Made by a program: the position numbers and the translations under genes
In this document: piece after piece, positions 45,530 to 55,132 of the stretch
Layout: the number at the start of each line of letters is the position of its first letter
Numbering within the stretch: position 1 is the first letter of the stretch
Notes under the pieces: model-generated
What the model saw: the letters and a program-made list of their open reading frames with translations, nothing else
Databases searched by the model: none
Told to the model about the DNA's origin: nothing
NCBI GenBank assembly: GCA_028355015.1
Contig: JAOMRN010000001.1
Span: forward strand, 1,229-65,228
Reading direction: 5' to 3'
Length of the DNA stretch: 64,000 bases
Source of the DNA: Methanobacteriota archaeon
GTDB taxonomy: Archaea; Thermoplasmatota; Poseidoniia; Poseidoniales; Thalassarchaeaceae

Positions 45530-48500
45530 ATGTATCTTAGAGGTATGTTCATGCAAGGAGGTGCTGTACGCATTATTCGCAGGTCCCCGGGCATCAATCA
45601 TTCCCAGACAATACTCCTTGTCTTGATATTCTTACTTCCAATGTTTTCACCAATAACTTCAGTTACTGCTGAGACTAGAATTAGTGCGGATGACTTTGAG
45701 ATTCTTGACGATTTAACTTCGGTTCTTTCTGAAAGAGAAAGCGTAATTTCATCAGAATTAGTTAAGAACATGGCAAATCCTTCGCTTGAAGGAGTAGCTA
45801 ACTCAGTTGCAGACACAACAAGTAATGACCCTATTTTTGGAATTGAAGATATTTTTTCTGATGCCTCTATAGTTGATACTACTCCTCCTGAAGTTGCCCA
45901 CCCTGGTCCATATGAACTTCTAGTTAACCCAGAAAAATCACCTCCTGGTGCCGTAGATACAGTTTGGCAAACAATTTTTAATTTGACAGATTATTTAATC
46001 TGGACCAAATACATGGATTTAGATGGCAATGAAGTTGAAAAATTTGAAGTCGTAACATTCACTACAAGTTTATTTTCATTACTCGACCCAGAGACTAATT
46101 CCTTCCTACATGCTATCGATATAGATGATGATGGAGATAATGATATTCAGGTCGGCTTAGAAATTTCCTTTGATTTAGGAGATGATTTCGGCATAGAAGG
46201 GGATACTCTTTGGATTAAGCCAACAATTTCTTTTACGGTTCTAGTTTTAGAAGATAGTCGTGATGATCCTGATTGGAACGAATTAGATACCTTACAAGTA
46301 TCTTTACTGAAGGCTTTTGCATATTCTGAAGGAATACTCACTGGTGGAGAAAGTTATGTATGGGTTATTGATTCAAAGTTCACTACCCCCCCAAATGATT
46401 TTTCTATCAATATAGGTTTAGAACGTATCTTTTTTGATATATCTGATGCAGGTTCAAGCTTAGTCACAAGTTTACTATCTTTCATTGGTTTAGGAATAGC
46501 AATTCCAGGTGCCGATGAGTCAAATATTGTTTTCCTTGGTCTTTCTGCCCCATATGCTATTTCAATAAATAATAATGGGCAAACGTATTGCCCTGATCGT
46601 TATTCTCAAATTGAGTTGTCCACCCTCCCCTCCAATGAAATTTCTTGTGGAGTTGTAGCTGGATTTGGGTATGTTCACTTCTCGCCTGCAAATACTGACG
46701 GAGACAGAGAAGTCTGGGAAGTTGCTTACATAGAAGCAACAGTGCATCCTAATGGTGTATCTACTCGACTTCCATCTGAAGTTAATTTAGTGATTAGAAC
46801 GGATACAACATTAGCTGAAGACCCTGGTGTCGTTGGAGAAAATGCACTTGATACAATAGAATACTATGCAGATCGTAGAGCCGACCTTCATGTTCATTTC
46901 CATGAAAATAAAGCAGGTGAACCCGTGGAAAACTCTGGCGACATGAGAGGAAATTCAACAGACAGTATTGGGTGGCTCAGAGGTATGCCAGCAGGCAGTT
47001 TATCAGCAGATGAAATTGATAGAGTATTTACTATGCTAGGCTCTAAATCATCACCAGAACTACCTGGTGGTCAGCCAGAAAAATTAGGTATGATAATTGC
47101 AATAAAGAACTTCTCTAGAGATACAACACAGAATGTTGATGATCCAACTTTACCTGTAAATCCTGCATATCCTCCAAAGACCCTCGTCCTTATTCGCTCT
47201 GTAGAGAGTATCCAATCTATAGAATATGATTCATGGCATAAACGTGGAGACATAATCACTGATCATAGTAAAATACACTTAGAATTGAAGAATATTCCAA
47301 CCTCGATAGCATTGTATGGTTCATTTGAACTGGGCAGTTCATCTGCAACTGATACAAGCCTTGATAGTGGAGATAATCTTGACTTTTTGTCCAAAATTTT
47401 AGATTCAGTGATACTAAATCTAGTTAATTTGTTTTTAGATATTGGCGATATAATTAATTCAGTTCCAAGTGAAGTAGTCTCCGTTCTTACAGGAGATACG
47501 GGTAGTGGTGGGCTTAATTCATTTGCAGGGCGAGATGTAAATTTACTGATGACTGATAATTTACTTGCCGATAGAGTAAATATGCACATTGATGAACTTG
47601 CTGTGCAAATAGGTTCCAGCCCTCATCCAGTAACTCTCGATAATCATGTAATAATCTCTAAAGATCGAGGTCTAGATCAGGTAATGGGAGAATTTGGAGC
47701 ACGAGATCCACTAGTTCCAGTAGCATCCAGTGTTAGGTTTAGTGGTCTTTCACAATTTACATTTAGTGATGATGAAGTATTAGGAACTCAATCAATTGGC
47801 CTAATTACAGATTCTAGTGAACCTTTCAGATTTTCTTTTATTGAACATGATAGTAATTCTATCGATAATCTTTCTTTCCAGAGCCTGCATTTATCAGATA
47901 TTCCTAATAATATATCTGTTTTAATAGATGAAAGTTCTCTAAGTTATGTTGCTAATGAGGGTATTGAATTGATGACCTATGTAGGTCTTGATGGCAATCA
48001 GAAGCAGGGCGCAAATATCCATGACATGCCTGCAGAGTTTATTTTTGAGTTTGGCGAACAAACAAGTTTTATTGCTGAAACGCCAATATCTACAGTGGAA
48101 GTTCAGATTACCAATGCATCCGAACCAATAACAATGACCGGCGACCATTTCTTATTCCATCATGATTCAATAAATGAAACATCCACGATATCAACACGCC
48201 TTACCGGAATTAAAGAATTAGGATGGATATCCCCAATTGAAGAAGGTGCGTTAGGATCTTCTGGAAGAGGTACTGCTTTCTTGAAATCTGCAGGTGATAG
48301 ACCTATGAGTATCAACATAGACAATGCTCCAACTGCTGATTCATCAGGCCTATCTGCATTAGCTTTGATAGATCCTCTCCCATCTCACCTTTCAGTTGAA
48401 ATACCAACAGGTAATGATGGTGGTTCTGAATTAGTACTTCCTGAATTTAATTCTACCAAGGGACTATCCGGCGCGGCCTTTTTCATTGGTGGATTTTCTG

Positions 48501-49948
48501 ACTTCGGCCGTTCAATAAATTCTGTTCTTGCAGGGTTTACTAGTGATATCTCAACAGGTACAGAAGAAGTCGATGATTCGTTTTCATATGCTTTACAATT
48601 AGAATCAGATACTTCTTTTGATTTGATTGTAGAAGCAACCTATGGGGATCCGGTTACTAACGAACCTCCTTGGGTACATGGAATCTCTTTCCAGTCATCT
48701 CCTAACGGATTATCCGAAGGATTCCATATCAAAACTTGGTTACCTGGATTACCTCCATTAATTGATTTATCAATTTCTCGAAATACTCTCGTTAATGGTG
48801 AGGATTGGTATATTCAAGCCTCATTAGATAGTTGGGAACCTGGGCGTGAAGAATTTATGATTCATGCTTATGGTGTAAATGGTCAAGATATGTTGTTGAC
48901 TATGCAAGGGCTTGAGCCAGGCAAACCAACGAATCTATTCCTTGATGCTGTTTTCGAGATTAGAGATTCAGGGGGTATAACACAGGTTTCAACAGGAACT
49001 CAATTCGTGTTATCTGAGAGGCTTGATTGGATTCATATGATGTTGATTAATCGAGAATCACAGAGCAGGACTGAGATGTTGATTAATGAGATTCCTAAAT
49101 CTATTGCCTTACAGGCAAGCCTCGGTACAGCGATTTCTATAGATATGAGTGTCCCAGAAGAACAGAGAATAGAAGGTTTTGCAGTAGGCTCATTAATGTT
49201 ACAACAAATGCAATGGATGGATGGTTTCTGGTGGCCCGCCACGGTATTTTTGAAAGATATACCTGGATATATTAATCTTACAACTGCTCCAGAAATGAAT
49301 TTTGATATAACTAAAAATCTTGCATTCCAAGGTTTACCTAACCTTGACTTTACATCATCAGATGATGGAATGTCGCTATATATTGAGGCATTTGGCAGAG
49401 CTATAAATTCTCGAGGAGATATTATTTTATTAGCTGAAGGTATGACTGACAAATTGATAATTAAGCCAACCAATGACTTTGGTTTAGAAATCCGTTCAGG
49501 AGGTAGTGGTGTTGAGAGAATTTATGTTAGAATGAATGATGTTCCTACGGGTTCCAGCCAAGTCGGAACACCGCCGGTTTTCCTTGAAGAGATGGAGGCA
49601 ATGGGGGAAAATCTTCGAAGTGCAACATTGCACATTCGGGAATTAGTAGGGCCATACAGCGTTATCGAAGTTGATGATGTAGATGGTGGAAAAATCATTG
49701 TATCTGCTAGAGTTACAACAGAATTTTCAGGACACGATATACAAATTCGTGGTGTACTAATTGACGCACAAACTACAGGAGGTGTTCCTACTGGAACCAC
49801 ACTTGGTGTAAACGGTCTTTCTTCAGATCTTTCAATTCTTAATTTGGTACCAGGTTTGAGTGGTTCAACACACCATTTACTTGTTCCTGAGCCATTTACA
49901 TCTGCGATACTCACAGTAATTGCAACACTAACTGAAGGAGGTAGTTGA
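45530..49948 (+). CDS. Giant (1472 aa) secreted/envelope protein of unknown function
   Basis: N-terminal hydrophobic signal/anchor ILLVLIFLLPMFSPITSVTA. The body is acidic, Ser/Thr/Asn-rich and beta-type. No catalytic motif recognised. Confidence 0.75.
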   Translation: MYLRGMFMQGGAVRIIRRSPGINHSQTILLVLIFLLPMFSPITSVTAETRISADDFEILDDLTSVLSERESVISSELVKNMANPSLEGVANSVADTTSNDPIFGIEDIFSDASIVDTTPPEVAHPGPYELLVNPEKSPPGAVDTVWQTIFNLTDYLIWTKYMDLDGNEVEKFEVVTFTTSLFSLLDPETNSFLHAIDIDDDGDNDIQVGLEISFDLGDDFGIEGDTLWIKPTISFTVLVLEDSRDDPDWNELDTLQVSLLKAFAYSEGILTGGESYVWVIDSKFTTPPNDFSINIGLERIFFDISDAGSSLVTSLLSFIGLGIAIPGADESNIVFLGLSAPYAISINNNGQTYCPDRYSQIELSTLPSNEISCGVVAGFGYVHFSPANTDGDREVWEVAYIEATVHPNGVSTRLPSEVNLVIRTDTTLAEDPGVVGENALDTIEYYADRRADLHVHFHENKAGEPVENSGDMRGNSTDSIGWLRGMPAGSLSADEIDRVFTMLGSKSSPELPGGQPEKLGMIIAIKNFSRDTTQNVDDPTLPVNPAYPPKTLVLIRSVESIQSIEYDSWHKRGDIITDHSKIHLELKNIPTSIALYGSFELGSSSATDTSLDSGDNLDFLSKILDSVILNLVNLFLDIGDIINSVPSEVVSVLTGDTGSGGLNSFAGRDVNLLMTDNLLADRVNMHIDELAVQIGSSPHPVTLDNHVIISKDRGLDQVMGEFGARDPLVPVASSVRFSGLSQFTFSDDEVLGTQSIGLITDSSEPFRFSFIEHDSNSIDNLSFQSLHLSDIPNNISVLIDESSLSYVANEGIELMTYVGLDGNQKQGANIHDMPAEFIFEFGEQTSFIAETPISTVEVQITNASEPITMTGDHFLFHHDSINETSTISTRLTGIKELGWISPIEEGALGSSGRGTAFLKSAGDRPMSINIDNAPTADSSGLSALALIDPLPSHLSVEIPTGNDGGSELVLPEFNSTKGLSGAAFFIGGFSDFGRSINSVLAGFTSDISTGTEEVDDSFSYALQLESDTSFDLIVEATYGDPVTNEPPWVHGISFQSSPNGLSEGFHIKTWLPGLPPLIDLSISRNTLVNGEDWYIQASLDSWEPGREEFMIHAYGVNGQDMLLTMQGLEPGKPTNLFLDAVFEIRDSGGITQVSTGTQFVLSERLDWIHMMLINRESQSRTEMLINEIPKSIALQASLGTAISIDMSVPEEQRIEGFAVGSLMLQQMQWMDGFWWPATVFLKDIPGYINLTTAPEMNFDITKNLAFQGLPNLDFTSSDDGMSLYIEAFGRAINSRGDIILLAEGMTDKLIIKPTNDFGLEIRSGGSGVERIYVRMNDVPTGSSQVGTPPVFLEEMEAMGENLRSATLHIRELVGPYSVIEVDDVDGGKIIVSARVTTEFSGHDIQIRGVLIDAQTTGGVPTGTTLGVNGLSSDLSILNLVPGLSGSTHHLLVPEPFTSAILTVIATLTEGGS

Positions 49949-50509
49949 ATGGGATTACTTGAGAAATCTCGGAATCAAGAAGTAGAGGAAACTCTTGATG
50001 AAGAGCTTGCACATGAGGTGTTAGTTCGAATAGAAGATTCAGTGAGTCGTATATCTCCTTTGAGAGTTATTCTAGTTTCATTTGTGGCTTTAATGCTATT
50101 TTCTGCAACTTTTGTAGCTTTAACTTGGATAGTTCCATATGAAAAAGTAACAATTGATGTTGTTTATATCCAGAGTAGTTCTGGTCACGTGATATTAACT
50201 CAAATTGATAATGATGGAAGTAGAGATATCAGTGACTTAACCCTAATTATTCGATTTATAGATTCAGATAATATTGAGATAGATAGAACTTCGTTCAATA
50301 AATCTTCTTTACCTGCACATAGTTCTGTTTCTGGTGATGCCTTAGAACTAATAATAATCGGCGAATCAGTTTGGGAAAACTATACGATAGATATTGAGTT
50401 ACAATATACTGATCATAATAAAGAGGATTCTAAAATAGAATTACAATACTTAGTTGGTGAATGGAAGATGGAACAATTCAGCCATGGTACTGGTATAGAC
50501 TTCTTTTAG
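49949..50509 (+). CDS. Hypothetical single-pass membrane protein (186 aa)
   Basis: The ATG directly abuts the stop of the 1472-aa gene (TGAATG). One TM (ILVSFVALMLFSATFVALTWIV) followed by a beta-rich ectodomain. Confidence 0.6.
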   Translation: MGLLEKSRNQEVEETLDEELAHEVLVRIEDSVSRISPLRVILVSFVALMLFSATFVALTWIVPYEKVTIDVVYIQSSSGHVILTQIDNDGSRDISDLTLIIRFIDSDNIEIDRTSFNKSSLPAHSSVSGDALELIIIGESVWENYTIDIELQYTDHNKEDSKIELQYLVGEWKMEQFSHGTGIDFF

Positions 50510-50521
50510 AGTGCATCTATT

Positions 50522-53500
50522 TTGTCCTTAACGTATGAACCCCTAAGGGTTCAACTCACCCATATGCTCAAAACTGTCTTCAGAAGGCGCAACCTTATGT
50601 CCAAGCGAACAGTATGTCTAATTTTGGGCGTTCTTCTTCTTTCTTACATACCTCTTAATGACGGTACTCATGAATCATCTGATTCATTTATAGAAAAATT
50701 GGATGAATCAATCCAAAGAATAGAGATATCCCCTGACCCAAATAGTATCTCAGATTTAGGCGCACCAAGAATATCTAATAGTTCCGAGATATTACGTTCC
50801 GAGAGTGCTGATTCTACTATCGGTGTTTACACTCATTCAGGGCTAATTCCTAGTATTTATCTTTCTCAGGACATATCATTCTCCCGAATAGATCTTGCTA
50901 TTGTAATAATTGATGGAGACACAGGACTATGGGATGCTAGGATGGAAATAATGGAAATCTCAGGGATTGAAATCCGTTCTACAATTCCGCCATCAGGATA
51001 TTTAGTTCAAGGTAATTCTGAGCAGTTGAAAAATCTACAATCGCTCACTTCAGTGGAATCAGTACATGAGGTGCCAGCAGGGCTTCTAATTCACCCAGCA
51101 CTTCAAGATGCTCCTGATGATGAAATTTTAGTTGTTGAAATAGTCGGCTGGAAGAATTCAGAACTAGTACGTCAAACTTCGTCTCTAGATGATAATTTAC
51201 AAGATGTTGCTAATTCATGGCTGTCCGATTCGTGGTCTCCAGATACGGGAATTATATGGGGTGAAATTCAAACAAATGATATTTCAGAGATAATAAAACA
51301 TCCTTCTGTTTCTTACATTGCGCCAGTACCGATTCTTAAGTTAATGAATAATGAAGCAAGAAATCATATGGGCATAGATACAGTTGAAGATTTCTTCATT
51401 ACTGGATTAAACGGTTCTGGGCAAAAAATTGCAGTAGGTGATTCGGGATTAGATGATGACCATGGCGATTTTAATGGCCGAATTTCAGGTCTTGATTCAG
51501 TTACACCCGGTGACTCTTCTACTGCCGATCCTTCTGATGGCCACGGCACTCACGTCGCCTGTACAGTACTCGGCGATGGAATGAGAAGTGGTGGGACATA
51601 CCAGGGAATAGCCCCTGAAGCAAATCTTTACTTCCAAGCTATGGAAGATGATGACTCAGGTGCTCTGTATTCTATTGGAATTAATAGTATGCTTAATGAA
51701 GCATATAATGCAGGTGCTCGTTTGCATACCAATAGTTGGGGGTCACCAACTGGAGGAGAATATACAACCTCGTCTGAAGATGCTGACGATAGAGTCTCAA
51801 CATGGGATCAATATTGGCAATATCAAGGAATGACTGTATTATTTGCCGCTGGTAATGAGAGGAATGATGGGATTTCATCTCCAGGGACTGCTAAGAATGT
51901 CATAACAGTAGGTGGTCATGTCAACAGATACAATGGCGCTCCAGATGATATGTATTACTGGAGTAGTCGTGGACCAACTGATGATGGTAGGATAAAACCT
52001 GATCTAGTAGGGCCAGGAGATTATGTTCGTTCTTGTAAATCTCAAGAAGCAAGCAGTGCATCAGGTTCTTGGAGTAATAATTGGTACCTAGAATATAGTG
52101 GAACTTCAATGGCAACTCCTGCGACAGCCGGGGCTGCAGTTTTAGTTCGCGAATATCTGATGGAAATTGCATCTAGGCCCGCACCTCAAGCAGCCCTAAT
52201 CAAGGCATTATTGATATTAGGGGCTGAAGATATGGGTGTTCGCGATATACCAAACAATAACGAAGGTTGGGGGCGTGTTAATCTCGTTAATTCCCTAATC
52301 CCAGAAAGTGATGTAGGTATATTTGTAGACGATAGGTCTAGATTATCGTCTGGCCAAATTAGTGATTATTCATTTGACATTACAAGGGGTGGCGAAGAAC
52401 TCAAAGTAGTTCTGGCTTGGTCGGATTATCCAGGTTCATCATCATCGTCAACCCAATTAAGAAATGACTTAGATTTAGAAATTACTAATCCAAATGGTCT
52501 GCTATTCAAAGGTAATGTTTTCACTAATGGTGAATCAGTAGCAAATGGTCAGAAAGACTCGAAAAATAATGTTGAAGTCGTACTTGTTGACAATGCTGCA
52601 GTCGGTACCTGGACTGTTAGAGTTAGAGATTCATCTCATGGAGGTAGTAATTTCTACCAACCTTATTCTCTTGCGGTTAGAGGCGTAAATGTCAATGATT
52701 TAGACCCAGATCCAACATTTGTATCCGATTCTTTTGAATTGTCAGTACCAATTCCTCAAGTTGATGAAGAGGTAGAATTTTCAATTTCTTTGATTAATCA
52801 GGGTGCAGGAAGCATACCTGAGTTATCTGTATTAGCAGCAGTTAATAGTGCCACAATTAGTACAAAAACCCTCAGCCTTTCTCCTGGAGAATCTGCTGAA
52901 CTGACATGGCAATGGACCCCCGGTGTAGAGGGTGAGAACACTGTATCTTTCTACATAGATCCTAACGATTTAGTTGACGAGGTGTCTGAGTCTAATAATC
53001 AATATAATCAGATTGTTATAGTTAGCGTCCCAGGAGTCAGAGTTACTAGCCAAGCTCCAATGCAATTAATTGAGGGGACTTCAGATAGTTCTACCACTTG
53101 GTCTCTTGATTTGACAAATACAGCATTATTTGAAACAAATGCAACAATTGAGGTATCTGAACCTATTAGAATGCAAGATGGAGTTGAATTTGATTGGTTT
53201 TCATCATTTTCTAATAATACGTTTAATTTAATGCCTGCAGAATCGACTACTGTAAGCCTATCAGTGGTGCATCCAGCACCTCCAGAACCAGGGCTTTACA
53301 GAATGTTAGTTACAGGAACAGATGTTGAAAATCAAATTGAATCAGAATTTGAGATATATCTCGAGGTACCACTATTGTCCGATGCTAATGTTCTAATCCC
53401 CACTAGTCAAATTAGAGTAAACCCTCTTGTTTCAACGCCACTACAAATTCAAATTCAGAATGACGGAAACGGTCCACAAACTTATGATGTCGAATTAATT

Positions 53501-55066
53501 TCACCCTCTGGTTGGAGTCTTGGGCTAGATTCGATAGGATCTTTCGCTGGTTCGTCTCATGGTTCTACAGGTTCCTTAGATAAGGGGGAATCACGAACAA
53601 TAGACATCACCATCAACCCCCCAGGGGCTATGATTCCCGCCGGTACGGTATTTTCTGCAGCGGTCTCAGTTCATTCTAGAGTGAGTTCAGATTCTTGGTC
53701 TGAAGACATAACTTTAGTAGTAGATAATATCGATGTAGTCACTTTAACTCCAACTTCTGATGGAACAGAGCATGATGTTTCTGCTGATGATTTACTTGAA
53801 TGGGAAATTAATTTCAATAATCAGGGTAACCGGGATCTAGAATTAACTCCGTATATTCTATCTAAGCCGAATGGTTGGTCATTTACTGGAACTCAGAACT
53901 CATTCATAGTATCATCAGGTTCTCAATTTGATTTACCAATTTCCATAACTGGTAACGGTCTTGCCAAGAGCGGTGAGTTGAAGCTAAGATTTGTTACAGA
54001 AGATGGATTCGTCATAGATTGGAACAGGACAATTGATGTTCTCTCAGGTGCGATTCCTAGAATAGAATTCTATCAAGTTGCATTACCAGACGGGACTTCA
54101 GCGGATACTCCACTAGGAGTAGATTCTCATCCAGTAGGGGGTATTGGCTTTGATTTACTTTGGAAAGTCACTAACGATGGTACAATGACTTGGAGGCCAA
54201 TCGTCTCTATGGAGGTACCAAATGATGATTGGGAATACTCCTGCCAAAATAATAATCCTACTATCTCTACAGGATCAACTATAACAATAATTTGTAATCT
54301 TATAATTCCATTATCTGCAGAAGCTGGTTCCGAGCCAACGGTCTCTCTAATTCTCAGCGGAGAGGGATTAACTTCAGAGAATATAATATCTCTTTATGTT
54401 GATTCAGTGAATGAAGTTATTTGGAGTATAGTTGAGCAAAACCCTTCTCCTCAAGGATATCAAACAACTCTTTCTCTTGAATTACAGAATATAGGTAATT
54501 CAGATATATCAGAAATCTTGAAGTTGGAAGCTCCCAATGGTTGGAATGAATTAATACTAGATAGTTCATTTGTTAACTTGAGGCCTGGTGAAACACGTTC
54601 AGTAGAAATTGCATATACTCCATCCAAAGGAGCAGATGGGATAGTTACGGTTTCGTTCTTAAATTCTGATGATATTACTGGTTCATCCTTAAATGTAGAA
54701 ATTGATGTATTACCTGCTGCAACTTCTGATAGTATGGGGAGTATCAATTTAATACTTATAATTCTTATAATAATAATACTTGGAGGTGGAGTTGGTTTGA
54801 CTATTTATTTACGCCGAGAAGGATTAATTAATTCATTAATTCCAGAAAATAAAATTGAAAATATTTTACCGGAAGAAGTTCAAGAAGAATCCAGCGGAGT
54901 TCCTTGCTGGATATGTAGTGGTGACGTAATTATTGGTAAAGCTTGGGCTTGTCTCGAGTGTGGTGCTAGATATCATATGGCTGGCCAAGTACAAGGTTGT
55001 AATATCACCGAAAAAAGCCACTGTTTACACTGTGACGCTGGAATAGACCAACTTACTGAAGTGTGA
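50522..55066 (+). CDS. Giant S8 subtilisin-like serine protease with multiple beta-sandwich domains, C-terminal TM and cytoplasmic zinc ribbon
   Basis: Catalytic triad contexts AVGDSGLDDDHGD (Asp), DGHGTHVACTVLG (His) and GTSMATPATAGAAVLV (Ser), with oxyanion HTNSWG. TM LILIILIIIILGGGVGLTIYL, then CWICSG...CLECG...CLHCD. The real start is probably an internal Met (MLKTVF or MSKRTV). Confidence 0.85.
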   Translation: MSLTYEPLRVQLTHMLKTVFRRRNLMSKRTVCLILGVLLLSYIPLNDGTHESSDSFIEKLDESIQRIEISPDPNSISDLGAPRISNSSEILRSESADSTIGVYTHSGLIPSIYLSQDISFSRIDLAIVIIDGDTGLWDARMEIMEISGIEIRSTIPPSGYLVQGNSEQLKNLQSLTSVESVHEVPAGLLIHPALQDAPDDEILVVEIVGWKNSELVRQTSSLDDNLQDVANSWLSDSWSPDTGIIWGEIQTNDISEIIKHPSVSYIAPVPILKLMNNEARNHMGIDTVEDFFITGLNGSGQKIAVGDSGLDDDHGDFNGRISGLDSVTPGDSSTADPSDGHGTHVACTVLGDGMRSGGTYQGIAPEANLYFQAMEDDDSGALYSIGINSMLNEAYNAGARLHTNSWGSPTGGEYTTSSEDADDRVSTWDQYWQYQGMTVLFAAGNERNDGISSPGTAKNVITVGGHVNRYNGAPDDMYYWSSRGPTDDGRIKPDLVGPGDYVRSCKSQEASSASGSWSNNWYLEYSGTSMATPATAGAAVLVREYLMEIASRPAPQAALIKALLILGAEDMGVRDIPNNNEGWGRVNLVNSLIPESDVGIFVDDRSRLSSGQISDYSFDITRGGEELKVVLAWSDYPGSSSSSTQLRNDLDLEITNPNGLLFKGNVFTNGESVANGQKDSKNNVEVVLVDNAAVGTWTVRVRDSSHGGSNFYQPYSLAVRGVNVNDLDPDPTFVSDSFELSVPIPQVDEEVEFSISLINQGAGSIPELSVLAAVNSATISTKTLSLSPGESAELTWQWTPGVEGENTVSFYIDPNDLVDEVSESNNQYNQIVIVSVPGVRVTSQAPMQLIEGTSDSSTTWSLDLTNTALFETNATIEVSEPIRMQDGVEFDWFSSFSNNTFNLMPAESTTVSLSVVHPAPPEPGLYRMLVTGTDVENQIESEFEIYLEVPLLSDANVLIPTSQIRVNPLVSTPLQIQIQNDGNGPQTYDVELISPSGWSLGLDSIGSFAGSSHGSTGSLDKGESRTIDITINPPGAMIPAGTVFSAAVSVHSRVSSDSWSEDITLVVDNIDVVTLTPTSDGTEHDVSADDLLEWEINFNNQGNRDLELTPYILSKPNGWSFTGTQNSFIVSSGSQFDLPISITGNGLAKSGELKLRFVTEDGFVIDWNRTIDVLSGAIPRIEFYQVALPDGTSADTPLGVDSHPVGGIGFDLLWKVTNDGTMTWRPIVSMEVPNDDWEYSCQNNNPTISTGSTITIICNLIIPLSAEAGSEPTVSLILSGEGLTSENIISLYVDSVNEVIWSIVEQNPSPQGYQTTLSLELQNIGNSDISEILKLEAPNGWNELILDSSFVNLRPGETRSVEIAYTPSKGADGIVTVSFLNSDDITGSSLNVEIDVLPAATSDSMGSINLILIILIIIILGGGVGLTIYLRREGLINSLIPENKIENILPEEVQEESSGVPCWICSGDVIIGKAWACLECGARYHMAGQVQGCNITEKSHCLHCDAGIDQLTEV

Positions 55067-55132
55067 AAAATATACGATTACAGTGCACGTCAAGCGCGAA
55101 GCCCTTAGAGGGAAGATTGTTCCCGACCAACC

